The notes beneath the pieces were generated by a model. It saw nothing but the letters and a program-made list of their open reading frames with translations. It was not told where the DNA came from and ran no database searches. Made by a program: the position numbers and the translations under genes. From positions 1 to 56,799 of the forward strand of contig JAGGYF010000027.1 of assembly GCA_021162685.1 (NCBI GenBank): a stretch of 56,799 nt of DNA. Reading direction: 5' to 3'. Source of the stretch: Candidatus Iainarchaeum sp. GTDB taxonomy: Archaea > B1Sed10-29 > WALL01. Shown one piece after another: positions 34,982 through 44,074 of the stretch (position 1 is its first letter; the number at the start of each line of letters is the position of its first letter).

Positions 34982-36849
34982 TTTTTCCTCCTCGGTCTTA
35001 TTGCATTGTAAGGACATATCTGCATGCAGACAGAGCATCCCCAACAAAGATCTGGATCAATGACATATTTAGCCTCTTCATTTGGTTTTTCTCTGACTTC
35101 CATAATTGCAGGACATGAAAAATGATCAGTACATTCACTACATTTCATACATTTTTCTTGGTCAATCTCAAATGTTACAAACCTAACATCTTTTGCTCTC
35201 AGTTTCCTTTTCGTAAGTAACCTACACTCTCCTCTGCTTACTAGAACCCTCAACCCTTTCCTTTCTTTTAACTCTTTTAACCTTTCGATCAAATCCTTTT
35301 GATTAAAAGCATTTGCTACTCTTACTTCAGCGCCCAATGCCTTTGCGACCTCTTCTATCTTTATAGGGGTTACTGGCTCTCCCATTCCTGTGAATCCCGA
35401 TCCAGGATGTGGTTGATGTCCAGTCATTGCTGTTATCCCATTATCCATTACAATGACCAATGGAGCGTTTCCATCATTAAATCTTAGGTTAGCAATACCA
35501 GGCATGCCAGCATGGAAAAACGTGGAATCCCCTACAAAAGCAACTACTTCCTGGTTGCTGACCTTCTTTATACCATGCGATATGCCCAAACTAGCACCCA
35601 TACTTATAACAAAATCCTGCATCTCAAATGGTTCAAATATGCCCAATACATAACAACCAATGTCCCCAGCATATATCGCCTTGTCTCCAAATACCTTTTT
35701 CACAGCGTAGAATGTTGACCTGTGTGGACATCCTGGACACATTACAGGTTTTCTTGGTGCTAGCCCCCTCAATACCTTTTCAACATCCTTCCTATGTTTT
35801 CTGAAATCAGGGACCTTCTTCCCAAACACCTTTCCAAATGCTGGCATCAATACTTCAACGTTATACTCTCCATATCTTGGGAGTACATCCTTTCCATGGA
35901 TAACCAATTTTGGATTAACATCCTTTGCAACCCTCACAACGAAGTTTTCTATTATGGGTTCAAGTTCCTCAACAATCAACACAACCTTTTTGTCCCTAAT
36001 GAATGACTCAATTTCTTTTTTTGGTAATGGATGCGTCATCCCAAGTTTCATTATGTGTGGATTGATCTTTAATTCATGCACAATCTCTTTTACGTATTCA
36101 AAGCTTACTCCATTTGTTATTATTCCTACTCTGCCTTTTCCTTTCAACACCTTTGTCAATCTTCTGCCATATCTTTTTTCAATTTTCATTAGTTTCTTAT
36201 CAATCCTTTTGTGCATTTCTTGGAGGTTGGGCCTTATATTATAGTACCTCCCGAGGTCTTTTACAAACCTCCCTCTTGTTTTAGGTTTCTCTATCTTCCC
36301 AAGTCTTACTGTTCCTATTGAGTGACTAACCTTTGTAGTTGTTCTCAGGAACACAGGGATTTCGAATGCCTCTGAGATCTCAAATGCTATCTTTGTGAAA
36401 TCCAGTGCTTCCTGTGGATTGCTCGGCTCAAGCATGGGCATCCTTGCCATTCTTGCGTAGTACCTAGTATCCTGTTCGGACTGTGCAGAGCTCCATCCCT
36501 GTGGGTCATCAGCGACCATTATCACCAAACCAGCTTTGACACCCACGTAAGCAACCGGAAGGACAGAATCACTAGCAACATTCAAACCAAAGTGCTTCAT
36601 TGCGGTCATTGCCCTTACTCCAGACCATGCAGCTCCTGCAGCTGTCTCAAATGCGACCTTCTCATTTGATGAGTATTCAAACTTAATCCCAACCTTTTTG
36701 GCTATTCTTGATAGTGTTATAGGTACCTCAGAGCTTGGGGTTCCAGGATATGCAGCAAACACACCTACGCCAGATTCTATTGCCCCTCTCGCAATTGCCT
36801 CATTTCCAAGCAGTACAACCTTTCTTCCAGCCTTTTCCAAAACATCCAT
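34978..36849 (-). CDS. iorA: Indolepyruvate:ferredoxin oxidoreductase, alpha subunit
   Basis: TPP-binding GDSTFFHAG. C-terminal 2x[4Fe-4S] motifs CMKCSECTDHFSCP and CWGCSVCMQICP. Length 623 aa. Confidence 0.9.
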   Translation of the reverse strand: MDVLEKAGRKVVLLGNEAIARGAIESGVGVFAAYPGTPSSEVPITLSRIAKKVGIKFEYSSNEKVAFETAAGAAWSGVRAMTAMKHFGLNVASDSVLPVAYVGVKAGLVIMVADDPQGWSSAQSEQDTRYYARMARMPMLEPSNPQEALDFTKIAFEISEAFEIPVFLRTTTKVSHSIGTVRLGKIEKPKTRGRFVKDLGRYYNIRPNLQEMHKRIDKKLMKIEKRYGRRLTKVLKGKGRVGIITNGVSFEYVKEIVHELKINPHIMKLGMTHPLPKKEIESFIRDKKVVLIVEELEPIIENFVVRVAKDVNPKLVIHGKDVLPRYGEYNVEVLMPAFGKVFGKKVPDFRKHRKDVEKVLRGLAPRKPVMCPGCPHRSTFYAVKKVFGDKAIYAGDIGCYVLGIFEPFEMQDFVISMGASLGISHGIKKVSNQEVVAFVGDSTFFHAGMPGIANLRFNDGNAPLVIVMDNGITAMTGHQPHPGSGFTGMGEPVTPIKIEEVAKALGAEVRVANAFNQKDLIERLKELKERKGLRVLVSRGECRLLTKRKLRAKDVRFVTFEIDQEKCMKCSECTDHFSCPAIMEVREKPNEEAKYVIDPDLCWGCSVCMQICPYNAIRPRRKK

Positions 36850-37270
36850 GAGAAACCAGAAGCAGTTGATTTATTTAAATGTTGTTATTTTGAGTTCCGC
36901 AAATTCATTGTTGCTAAATTCATCAAAAAGTAATCTGAGTAAGAAATCAAAAATAATGGCGTCAAGATGATAGAGAGGATAATTGAGGATATTAGGGAAG
37001 AGTTAGAGATACTTAATAATGTGCGTGAAGTTACTTATATAGAAAGATAGAAGTGAATCAGAACTAGTGGAGAATGGGAAAGAAAGTCAAAGAGAAGTTG
37101 GAAGAAAAACAAAAAGCTAGAGAGATTTGATAGTTAGACAAGTCAGCAATTTTGGTAGTCTTACTACATGGGCATCAGCGCACAGGTTAGTTGCAACACT
37201 CTGGGCAGCTTTTTAAAAAGAAAAACTTTTAAATGCAGTAAATAACTTTAAATAAACGTAAATAGTGATT

Positions 37271-37435
37271 ATGAGTAGTGCTAAAATGGGAAAGAACGGG
37301 GTTATGTTATTTGTCGATTCTGATATTTATAGGGAATACAAAGAATATTGCGAAAAGAATGGTTTAATATTGTCAAAGAGGTTTGAAATCTTTATGGGAA
37401 ATGAACTAAAGAAAAATCAAAAAGAGGTTAATTAG
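37271..37435 (+). CDS. Small ribbon-helix-helix-like protein (54 aa), candidate R-M controller; not in the ORF track
   Basis: My translation is MSSAKMGKNGVMLFVDSDIYREYKEYCEKNGLILSKRFEIFMGNELKKNQKEVN, with a beta-strand/helix/helix pattern. Its stop lies 1 nt before the methylase ATG. Confidence 0.4.
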   Translation: MSSAKMGKNGVMLFVDSDIYREYKEYCEKNGLILSKRFEIFMGNELKKNQKEVN

Positions 37436-37436
37436 T

Positions 37437-38849
37437 ATGGTGACGTTACTCGAAGAGATGACAAAAAAGAATAATTCGCTTTTGTTAGATACCTCGTCTG
37501 GTAATCTACTCGTAGCTCAAACTTCAAGCTTACAAAACGATATTCTCACTATATTTAATAATCTTGCAGAAGATCCCTCATGGTCATTTGAAAATCTGTC
37601 TAGAAAAGAGACATCTTATGCAACACATGGTTACCATAGGTATCCAGCTAAATTTATCCCACAATTAGCAAGAAGGTGCATTGAGGATTATTCAGCTGAA
37701 AATGAAATTGTCTGTGATCCTTTTATGGGTTGTGGGACAACTTTAGTTGAAGCATTAATAGCTGGAAGAAGAGCAGTTGGTGTGGATATAAATCCTATAG
37801 CATGGTTGATCACAATAGCCAAATCTGTTCCAATAGAACCTAAAAAACTGAAAAAAGAAGTTGACAAATTACTATCAGATATCTCAGCTTTTATAGAGTT
37901 TAAAAAAAATAGAATAAAACCACTGAAAGAGATAAACATAAGACCAGTAATTCCTAATAATGAAAGAATAAAATATTGGTTTCCGCATGAGTACATAAGA
38001 GAAGAATTGGGAATTATCCTAGGGAGGATTAATGAAATAAAAGACCAAGATATCAGGAATTTTTGTCTGTGCGCTTTTTCCCAGATTTTAAAAAATTGTT
38101 CCGTGTGGCTGATGAAGAGTGTTAAGCCAACAAGAGACTTGAAAAAAAAGCCTGTTGATCCATTTCAGGCCTTTAAGAAACATATAAATTATATGGTAAA
38201 AGGCAATGAAGAGCTATTTAGGTTAATGCCAGAGCACGTAAAGCAAAATTTGAAAAGATATCTAATTGCTGAAAGAAGAGATGCAAGAGATCTGCCATGT
38301 AAATCTGATTCTGTAAGTTTGATTGTTACATCTCCTCCTTATGTTACCTCTTATGAATATGCCGATTTACATCAATTAACTGCTCTCTGGTTGGGATATG
38401 CTAAAAATGTGGCAGAATTTAGGGAAGGATTTATCGGCTCAATATACAAAAGAACCTCTATCCATGATGGAATAAAAAGCGAGATTGCTAAAGGAATAAT
38501 TGAAGAGTTAGAAAAGAAATCAAAAAGAGAAGCAGAAGCGGTAAGAGATTATTTCTTTGAAATACAACAATGTTTTGAGGAAATGCACAGGGTTCTAAAA
38601 CCTGGCGGAAAAGCCTGTATTGTAATAGGAAACACAGAATTAAAAAAAGTAAGTATCTTGAATGCTGAAGTATTTGTGGAGATTATGCTAAACATTGGCT
38701 TTAGGGTTCATAAGATAGTCAAAAGGAGAATTCCATCAAAAATATTACCTTCGACCAGAGATTCGAAAACAGGAAGATTTACATCAAATCATAAGGCAGA
38801 TAGGTTAGCCTATGCATATGAGTATATTTTAGTTATGGAAAAGTTATGA
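37437..38849 (+). CDS. DNA methyltransferase (N6-A/N4-C type, 470 aa)
   Basis: AdoMet motif DPFMGCGTTLVEA...VGVDINP, then about 200 aa downstream the catalytic TSPPY. Confidence 0.85.
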   Translation: MVTLLEEMTKKNNSLLLDTSSGNLLVAQTSSLQNDILTIFNNLAEDPSWSFENLSRKETSYATHGYHRYPAKFIPQLARRCIEDYSAENEIVCDPFMGCGTTLVEALIAGRRAVGVDINPIAWLITIAKSVPIEPKKLKKEVDKLLSDISAFIEFKKNRIKPLKEINIRPVIPNNERIKYWFPHEYIREELGIILGRINEIKDQDIRNFCLCAFSQILKNCSVWLMKSVKPTRDLKKKPVDPFQAFKKHINYMVKGNEELFRLMPEHVKQNLKRYLIAERRDARDLPCKSDSVSLIVTSPPYVTSYEYADLHQLTALWLGYAKNVAEFREGFIGSIYKRTSIHDGIKSEIAKGIIEELEKKSKREAEAVRDYFFEIQQCFEEMHRVLKPGGKACIVIGNTELKKVSILNAEVFVEIMLNIGFRVHKIVKRRIPSKILPSTRDSKTGRFTSNHKADRLAYAYEYILVMEKL

Positions 38850-38858
38850 GGTATTAAA

Positions 38859-39551
38859 ATGAAGTTTGAAGACCTAGTAGAGTTGTATGAAGAAAAGAAA
38901 AAGAAGCATGGGGCTGGGGCATATAGGCATATATCTGAGTTGTTAAGAGAGGCCAAGGAATTACATAAAAAAGATTGGTTAAAGAAGCCGACACCGAATA
39001 AAGACCATGAACAGTCTTGGAGAGCATTTAAAGGAAAAAATTTTGAGAAGTTGATAATCTACATAATAAAAGATGAAGTTGAAAGTTTAGGATTAAAAGT
39101 AGTTGATGGGAACACATTGGAAAGAACAAACAGTAGAAATCTACCAAGAGAATTAAGCCAGGTAAAAAGAAACCTTCTGGTGGATTATGGAGAATTTGGT
39201 TCTCATTTGCCAGATGTTGACATTGTCATCTATAATCCTAAAACACTAAAGGTAATTGCTGTTATTTCAAGCAAAATCACATTAAGGGAAAGAATCGCAC
39301 AAACAGGTTATTGGAAACTGAAATTAATGCAAGATGAAGTTACTAAGCATGTTAAAGTATTCTTTATAACACCTGATGAAGACAGAACTCTGAAAATTAG
39401 AAAACCTGCAAAAAAAGGTAGGGCGATAGTTGAAGTTGACACAGACGGAAGCTATGTAATGAGTGAGGAGGAAGTTGAAGAAAGCGATAAAGTGAAGATG
39501 TTTGATAAGTTTATTGAGGACTTAAAGAGGTTGGCAAATGGGAGAGGATAA
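38859..39551 (+). CDS. Putative type II restriction endonuclease (PD-(D/E)xK-like, 230 aa)
   Basis: It sits between two methylase genes and overlaps the second by 14 nt. LPDVDIVIY...VISSKITLRE resembles a PD...(S/E)xK core. No family identified. Confidence 0.55.
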   Translation: MKFEDLVELYEEKKKKHGAGAYRHISELLREAKELHKKDWLKKPTPNKDHEQSWRAFKGKNFEKLIIYIIKDEVESLGLKVVDGNTLERTNSRNLPRELSQVKRNLLVDYGEFGSHLPDVDIVIYNPKTLKVIAVISSKITLRERIAQTGYWKLKLMQDEVTKHVKVFFITPDEDRTLKIRKPAKKGRAIVEVDTDGSYVMSEEEVEESDKVKMFDKFIEDLKRLANGRG

Positions 39552-40224
39552 ACCTATTTTACACCCAACAACTTTATGGGATTTCCATAAACAAAGTTAT
39601 GGCAAAACACCAAAAGGAGACTGGAGATTTAATGGAGTCACTCCTGCAGGTGTAATCTACAATCTGATTATGAGATATACCAAACCGGGGGATTTAGTGG
39701 TTGATCCAATGTGCGGAAGTGGAACAACAATTGATGTCTGTAAAGAAGAAGGAAGAAGAGTTATAGGTTATGATATCGTACCCACAAGGTCAGATATAAT
39801 TCAAAACGATTCTCGAAAGATTCCGCTATCTGATAATTCTGTTGATATGGTCTTTGTTGATCCTCCATACGGAGATAATGTGAAATATTCTGATCATCCT
39901 GAGTGTATAGGGAAAATTTCTGCTGAAAAGGAAGAATTTTATCAAGAATTAGAGAAGGTTGCCAAAGAAATATACAGAATTTTGAAACCAGGAAAAATTG
40001 TTGGTTGGTTAATTGGTGACCATTGGAGAAGGAAATCTGGGTTCATTCCTGTTGGTTTCAAAATTTATCAAATGTTGGAGAAATATTTTGAGCCTGTTGA
40101 TATTATTCGTGTGGTAAGAAGGAACCAAAGATCAAACACAAAAATTTGGGAACAAAGGGCTCTAAAATATAACTTCTTTTTGAGAGGATTTAAGTATTTG
40201 TTTATTATGAAAAAGTCTGTGTGA
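39538..40224 (+). CDS. DNA methyltransferase (N6-A/N4-C type, 228 aa)
   Basis: VVDPMCGSGTTIDV (motif I) followed by VFVDPPYGDN (motif IV). Confidence 0.85.
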   Translation: MGEDKPILHPTTLWDFHKQSYGKTPKGDWRFNGVTPAGVIYNLIMRYTKPGDLVVDPMCGSGTTIDVCKEEGRRVIGYDIVPTRSDIIQNDSRKIPLSDNSVDMVFVDPPYGDNVKYSDHPECIGKISAEKEEFYQELEKVAKEIYRILKPGKIVGWLIGDHWRRKSGFIPVGFKIYQMLEKYFEPVDIIRVVRRNQRSNTKIWEQRALKYNFFLRGFKYLFIMKKSV

Positions 40225-40433
40225 TAAAATGGCTGATACAAAATATTTCTTGCGAATATAATACTATTTTACATTTTCGTAAACTACTTTAATGTTCCTT
40301 CTGAAATTTGGATATTCATTATTGGAGCTTTGTTAGGATTTCTGTTTATAGGCAAAGTCTATACGTTTCGCTCTTATCTATGGTTTTTATCTTTTTTATA
40401 ATTTTCAAGTTGAACTTGAGGATATTTGGAAGA

Positions 40434-40512
40434 TGGTTGTAAGATTACTCGGTCACATTGGGCACGCTTTGATTTACTTCGTGAGTTTTGCAACTAAAAC
40501 TTCTTACAACCA
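40434..40512. other. 11-bp perfect inverted repeat enclosing 57 nt
   Basis: tggttgtaaga (40434-40444) pairs with tcttacaacca (40502-40512). It lies just 3' of the minus-strand reductase gene and at the right edge of the R-M cassette. Confidence 0.5.
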
Positions 40513-40546
40513 CAATATGTTACATCAGCAATAAGTTTACAGAGCC

Positions 40547-41617
40547 TTATCTCAAATACTTCAGATACCTACTGAGCTTAAACATTAATCCTGGCCTTTT
40601 CATGATCTCCATAATCATTTTTGTAGGCCTGTCCATGTCTCCATATTGCTCTATAATATGTTCAATTCCTTCCTCTTTCCCGATATGAAATAGCTCATTA
40701 TAATCAGTATCGCTCATGGTATCTGCAGCCCTTCTTATCTTTAGATGCATAACCAACTCTCTCTCAAATTCCTCTCTCCATGTCCTCTCATACATTTCTA
40801 ATGGCAAATCCCTCCCTATTATATTTCCCAAAATCAGCCCACAGAATCCACCAATGGCTATGCCTCCCCCAGTTGTTGCCTTCACTTGAGCAGCAGCATC
40901 CCCTACAAGCGCAATGTTCTGAAATGCCGTTTTTTTATTGTCAAATACAGGAATCAATCCAGCACTCTCATTTTCTTGTTTTGCTTTTATGCCCCTACCT
41001 TTTAGGAATCTCATCAATGCATCCTTTGGATTACCTTTGTTTACTCCTATTCCTATCCTTGATATCTTTTCATCTACGGGGATAATCCATGCAAAGAAAC
41101 CAGGTGCAAAACTCCCAAAGAATAGACTAACCCTATCCAGTTCATGTTCATATCTTGTCTCTATTTGGTATGCATAGATACACTTATGTTCAACTCCGAC
41201 ACTTTTCGCAACAGATGATAGCGGCCCATCAGCACCAACAACTAACTCATTTTCAAAAACAAAATGTTTATCCCATCTCCTCCCCAGCACAATTTCAGCA
41301 CCTTCACTTTTTGCCTCTTCAGCAATTATCTTGTCAAATAACCCTCTATCAATTACATACGCTTGTGTTTCGTTCCTTTTTACTTCAATTGACGTCCCGT
41401 CCGGGGCATAAAGAAACGCGCCCCTCACCTTGTTCAACACAGAATCTCCATAGTCAACGTTCAAGTTATCTAGTCCCTTCTTTGATACGAGACCTGCACA
41501 TTGTACTGGTTTACCTATCTCTTTATGTTCTTCAAAAACTCTGACCTTTTTCCCATGATGCGCAATCTCTTTTGCGCACAGTAATCCAGCAGGTCCCCCT
41601 CCAACAACCGTAATCAT
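40547..41617 (-). CDS. Geranylgeranyl reductase family FAD-dependent oxidoreductase
   Basis: N-terminal VVGGGPAGLLCA dinucleotide fold and LVGDAAAQVKATTGGGI. Length 356 aa. Confidence 0.85.
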   Translation of the reverse strand: MITVVGGGPAGLLCAKEIAHHGKKVRVFEEHKEIGKPVQCAGLVSKKGLDNLNVDYGDSVLNKVRGAFLYAPDGTSIEVKRNETQAYVIDRGLFDKIIAEEAKSEGAEIVLGRRWDKHFVFENELVVGADGPLSSVAKSVGVEHKCIYAYQIETRYEHELDRVSLFFGSFAPGFFAWIIPVDEKISRIGIGVNKGNPKDALMRFLKGRGIKAKQENESAGLIPVFDNKKTAFQNIALVGDAAAQVKATTGGGIAIGGFCGLILGNIIGRDLPLEMYERTWREEFERELVMHLKIRRAADTMSDTDYNELFHIGKEEGIEHIIEQYGDMDRPTKMIMEIMKRPGLMFKLSRYLKYLR

Positions 41618-42957
41618 TTTGATACTTCCTCTCTAACCATTTTTGAGAATTCATCAAGCAGTTCATCAACTCTTTTCTCTGATTTTGCTTCAACTGTCAC
41701 CCTTATCTTCGGACTCGTATTTGATGCCCTTATGAGTACCCATGCATCATCAAAGATGATCTTTACTCCATCAATTGTCAACACGTTTTTGTAATCACTC
41801 ACGCATCTATCCTTCAATCTTTCAATTACATCAAACTTCTTTTCATCTGCACATTCAACCGTCACCTTCTTTTTTGGATAGTTTGGCAATTCTTTTCTCA
41901 ACTTAGATAACTTCTTTCCAGTTTTGTGCATGACTTCCATCAATTTGAGGGAGATGAGAAGCGCATCATCAAATAGGGTATACTCTGGCAGAACCATATG
42001 CCCACTGTCCTCAAATCCCAGCAGCGCATTCCTCTTTTTTATCTCCTTTATCAAGAAAGTATGTCCTACTCTTATTCTCACAACGTCTGCACCAAGAGGT
42101 ACCAGAATTTCTTCAACAGCCATTGAACAGGGTACAGTCGCTACAACAACTCCTTTTCTATCCTCAAGCATCTCCTTTGCTATTATCATCCCTATCTGTT
42201 CAGCACTCAAAAAGAAACCTTCATCATCAATAACTGCAATTCTATCCACATCTCCATCAAATCCAATACCTATATCATATCCGTTTTTTGTTTCTTCAAT
42301 CAATCCTTTTATGTTTTCAATCTTCATGGGGTCACTAGGTCTTCCTCTGAAGTAAGGATCAACCTCGCAGAATAACATCTTTGGCTCAATCCCAAATGCT
42401 CTGAATAAGGATGGAGCAATTAAGCAAGCACTTCCTCCCCCGCAATCCAAAACAATATTTGGTTTTCCAATTTCAAGATGCCTTTTCATGAATGCTATAT
42501 ACCCATCCTTAAACTCTATGTTCTCAACAGTTCCCTCGCCACTCGTAAATACATCCTTTTCTATTATATCGTAAAGTGCCATAATCTCCTCTTCACCCAT
42601 TGCCTCTCCGTCACCATAGTATACCTTCAGGCCATTCCATTCTGCTGGCAGATGCGATGCTGTTACATACGCCCCTACATCCTTTCCAAGCTCCTTTGCA
42701 GCTAGCAATGTAACACCAGAGGACGTTTTTCCAACATTGTAAACGTGCATACCTGTGCTCACTAAACCCTTTATCAATGCCTCTAATAACCTATCACTAG
42801 ATATCCTAGTGTCACTCCCAACAACAACCTCTTTCATTCCCTTCTCAAAGAGCAGTGTACCTAGTGCTTTGCCTATAAACTCCATCCCTCCATCAGTAAG
42901 GTCCTTATCATACACCCCTCTAATGTCATATGCCCTAAATATATGTCTTGGTAGCAT
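41614..42957 (-). CDS. Phosphomannomutase/phosphoglucomutase/phosphoglucosamine mutase family
   Basis: Active-site TASHLPAEWNG, metal loop GFDGDVDR and GFEDSGH. Confidence 0.9.
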   Translation of the reverse strand: MLPRHIFRAYDIRGVYDKDLTDGGMEFIGKALGTLLFEKGMKEVVVGSDTRISSDRLLEALIKGLVSTGMHVYNVGKTSSGVTLLAAKELGKDVGAYVTASHLPAEWNGLKVYYGDGEAMGEEEIMALYDIIEKDVFTSGEGTVENIEFKDGYIAFMKRHLEIGKPNIVLDCGGGSACLIAPSLFRAFGIEPKMLFCEVDPYFRGRPSDPMKIENIKGLIEETKNGYDIGIGFDGDVDRIAVIDDEGFFLSAEQIGMIIAKEMLEDRKGVVVATVPCSMAVEEILVPLGADVVRIRVGHTFLIKEIKKRNALLGFEDSGHMVLPEYTLFDDALLISLKLMEVMHKTGKKLSKLRKELPNYPKKKVTVECADEKKFDVIERLKDRCVSDYKNVLTIDGVKIIFDDAWVLIRASNTSPKIRVTVEAKSEKRVDELLDEFSKMVREEVSK

Positions 42958-42965
42958 GGGATCAC

Positions 42966-43394
42966 CTACTTTATCTCATCAAGTAATAGAGATAGATGAT
43001 GTTTTGTTGCATCCTCAACACCTTCTGCCATTATAACGCTTCTCACCAATTCCTTTTGTTTTTCTGTTAGACCGAAGTTCTCTGCATATTTGTATATGGC
43101 AAAGGCAAGATTTGATACAAACTTCTTGCTTTTAAGGATGTCTGTAATCCTTTTAAAATGTTCTTCTGTAAGCTCTCCTCCATTATTAGTATGCTCATAT
43201 ATTGCCCGTGAAAGATTTTCCCTAACCTTACCTTGCGGCATCTTTTCAATAGTTTCAAGTATCGCATCAATACTCTTTTGTATTGGCTTTTTTTCAGCTA
43301 TCCTTCTTATTGCATCTGCATGTTTTTCTGGGTTTTTTTCCATCTCGCGCAAATGCCTATCCACTTTCCACTTCGTTACACGTTCTTCAAACAC
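42966..43394 (-). CDS. Helical hypothetical protein (142 aa)
   Basis: Charged and helical. Shares a ...A(I/V)(Y/L)K(Y/H)A(E/K)(N/Q)FGL(T/D)(E/K)... segment with the upstream 88-aa protein. Confidence 0.5.
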   Translation of the reverse strand: MFEERVTKWKVDRHLREMEKNPEKHADAIRRIAEKKPIQKSIDAILETIEKMPQGKVRENLSRAIYEHTNNGGELTEEHFKRITDILKSKKFVSNLAFAIYKYAENFGLTEKQKELVRSVIMAEGVEDATKHHLSLLLDEIK

Positions 43395-43395
43395 G

Positions 43396-43662
43396 TTATG
43401 CCACCAATGCTTCTTCTAGCTGGTTTTTCACCTTTTTTGGGATGTTTCCATCCTTCAACATATCAGCAATCGCTCTTCTCTCATTTTTATCAAGTCCAAA
43501 CTGTTTGGCATGTTTTAACACAGCAAGTCCCAAATATCCCTGTGCATCCTCATTTTCAACAGTTTTGATAGAAAGAATAATACGGAACGCATGCCTTTTT
43601 GGGTCTTTCCTCAATCCACGTATATGGTGCGGAATCCCAACCATCTTTTCAAATAATGGCAT
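43396..43662 (-). CDS. Helical hypothetical protein (88 aa), partial paralogue of 42966-43394
   Basis: LGLAVLKHAKQFGLDKNERRAIADMLKDG compares with LAFAIYKYAENFGLTEKQKELVRSVIMAEG. There is a 1-nt gap to the downstream gene. Confidence 0.45.
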   Translation of the reverse strand: MPLFEKMVGIPHHIRGLRKDPKRHAFRIILSIKTVENEDAQGYLGLAVLKHAKQFGLDKNERRAIADMLKDGNIPKKVKNQLEEALVA

Positions 43663-43694
43663 AACCTTCTTTTCTTTTTATTGCATAAAAACAT

Positions 43695-43958
43695 TTACTC
43701 TAGTTGTACTACTCCATACCTAAATACATGGAAATCCGTAAGCCTTTTCTGTTCACCGTATTTAATTACTGAATCCCCGTTAAGTTTTGGGAGATATAAC
43801 CAGTCAACAGCTTTTTTAAGCTTGCTGACCTCTGCCTCGTTAAACCACTGTTTTCCACACCTTTTGCACCTATACTCATGATACTGCCCTATCACCATGT
43901 CAAATGCCTTTACTTTCACTATTTTCTCTACAGGTACAGAGCCACAGCTACATCTCAT
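43695..43958 (-). CDS. Zinc-ribbon protein (87 aa), MqsA/YgiT-like N-terminus
   Basis: MRCSCG...(26 aa)...CKRCG gives a CxC/CxxC ribbon followed by EAEVSKLKKAV. The start at 43958 is preferred over 44003. Confidence 0.45.
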   Translation of the reverse strand: MRCSCGSVPVEKIVKVKAFDMVIGQYHEYRCKRCGKQWFNEAEVSKLKKAVDWLYLPKLNGDSVIKYGEQKRLTDFHVFRYGVVQLE

Positions 43959-44074
43959 TTTATTACCTCCTATTCTTGGCTGGGTGGTTTCATACTTTTT
44001 CATACAAAATTACTCATAACTTATATATATACCTTTTCATACAAATTCATACCTACTATTTTTTGGGTGTTTTC

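Noticed and set aside
36967-37130. Small coding genes in the purine-rich stretch (27-aa and 18-aa ORFs)
   Set aside because: The ORFs lie in different frames, are interrupted by stops and have no SD. More likely this is a degraded remnant or non-coding spacer, and it is reported only as a junction observation.
40434-40512. Possible tRNA or tRNA fragment (a 7-bp acceptor-like stem spanning about 77 nt)
   Set aside because: I could not form a D-arm (atta has no taat partner) or a T-arm with a TTCRA loop, and there is no sensible anticodon arm. It is kept only as an inverted repeat.
43904-44074. 57-aa N-terminal extension of the RHH-nucleotidyltransferase ORF
   Set aside because: The extension is F/Y/L/I-rich, runs through the AT-rich divergent promoter (ttatatatata) and overlaps the zinc-ribbon gene on the other strand. 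The ATG at 44075 starts a clean RHH domain.
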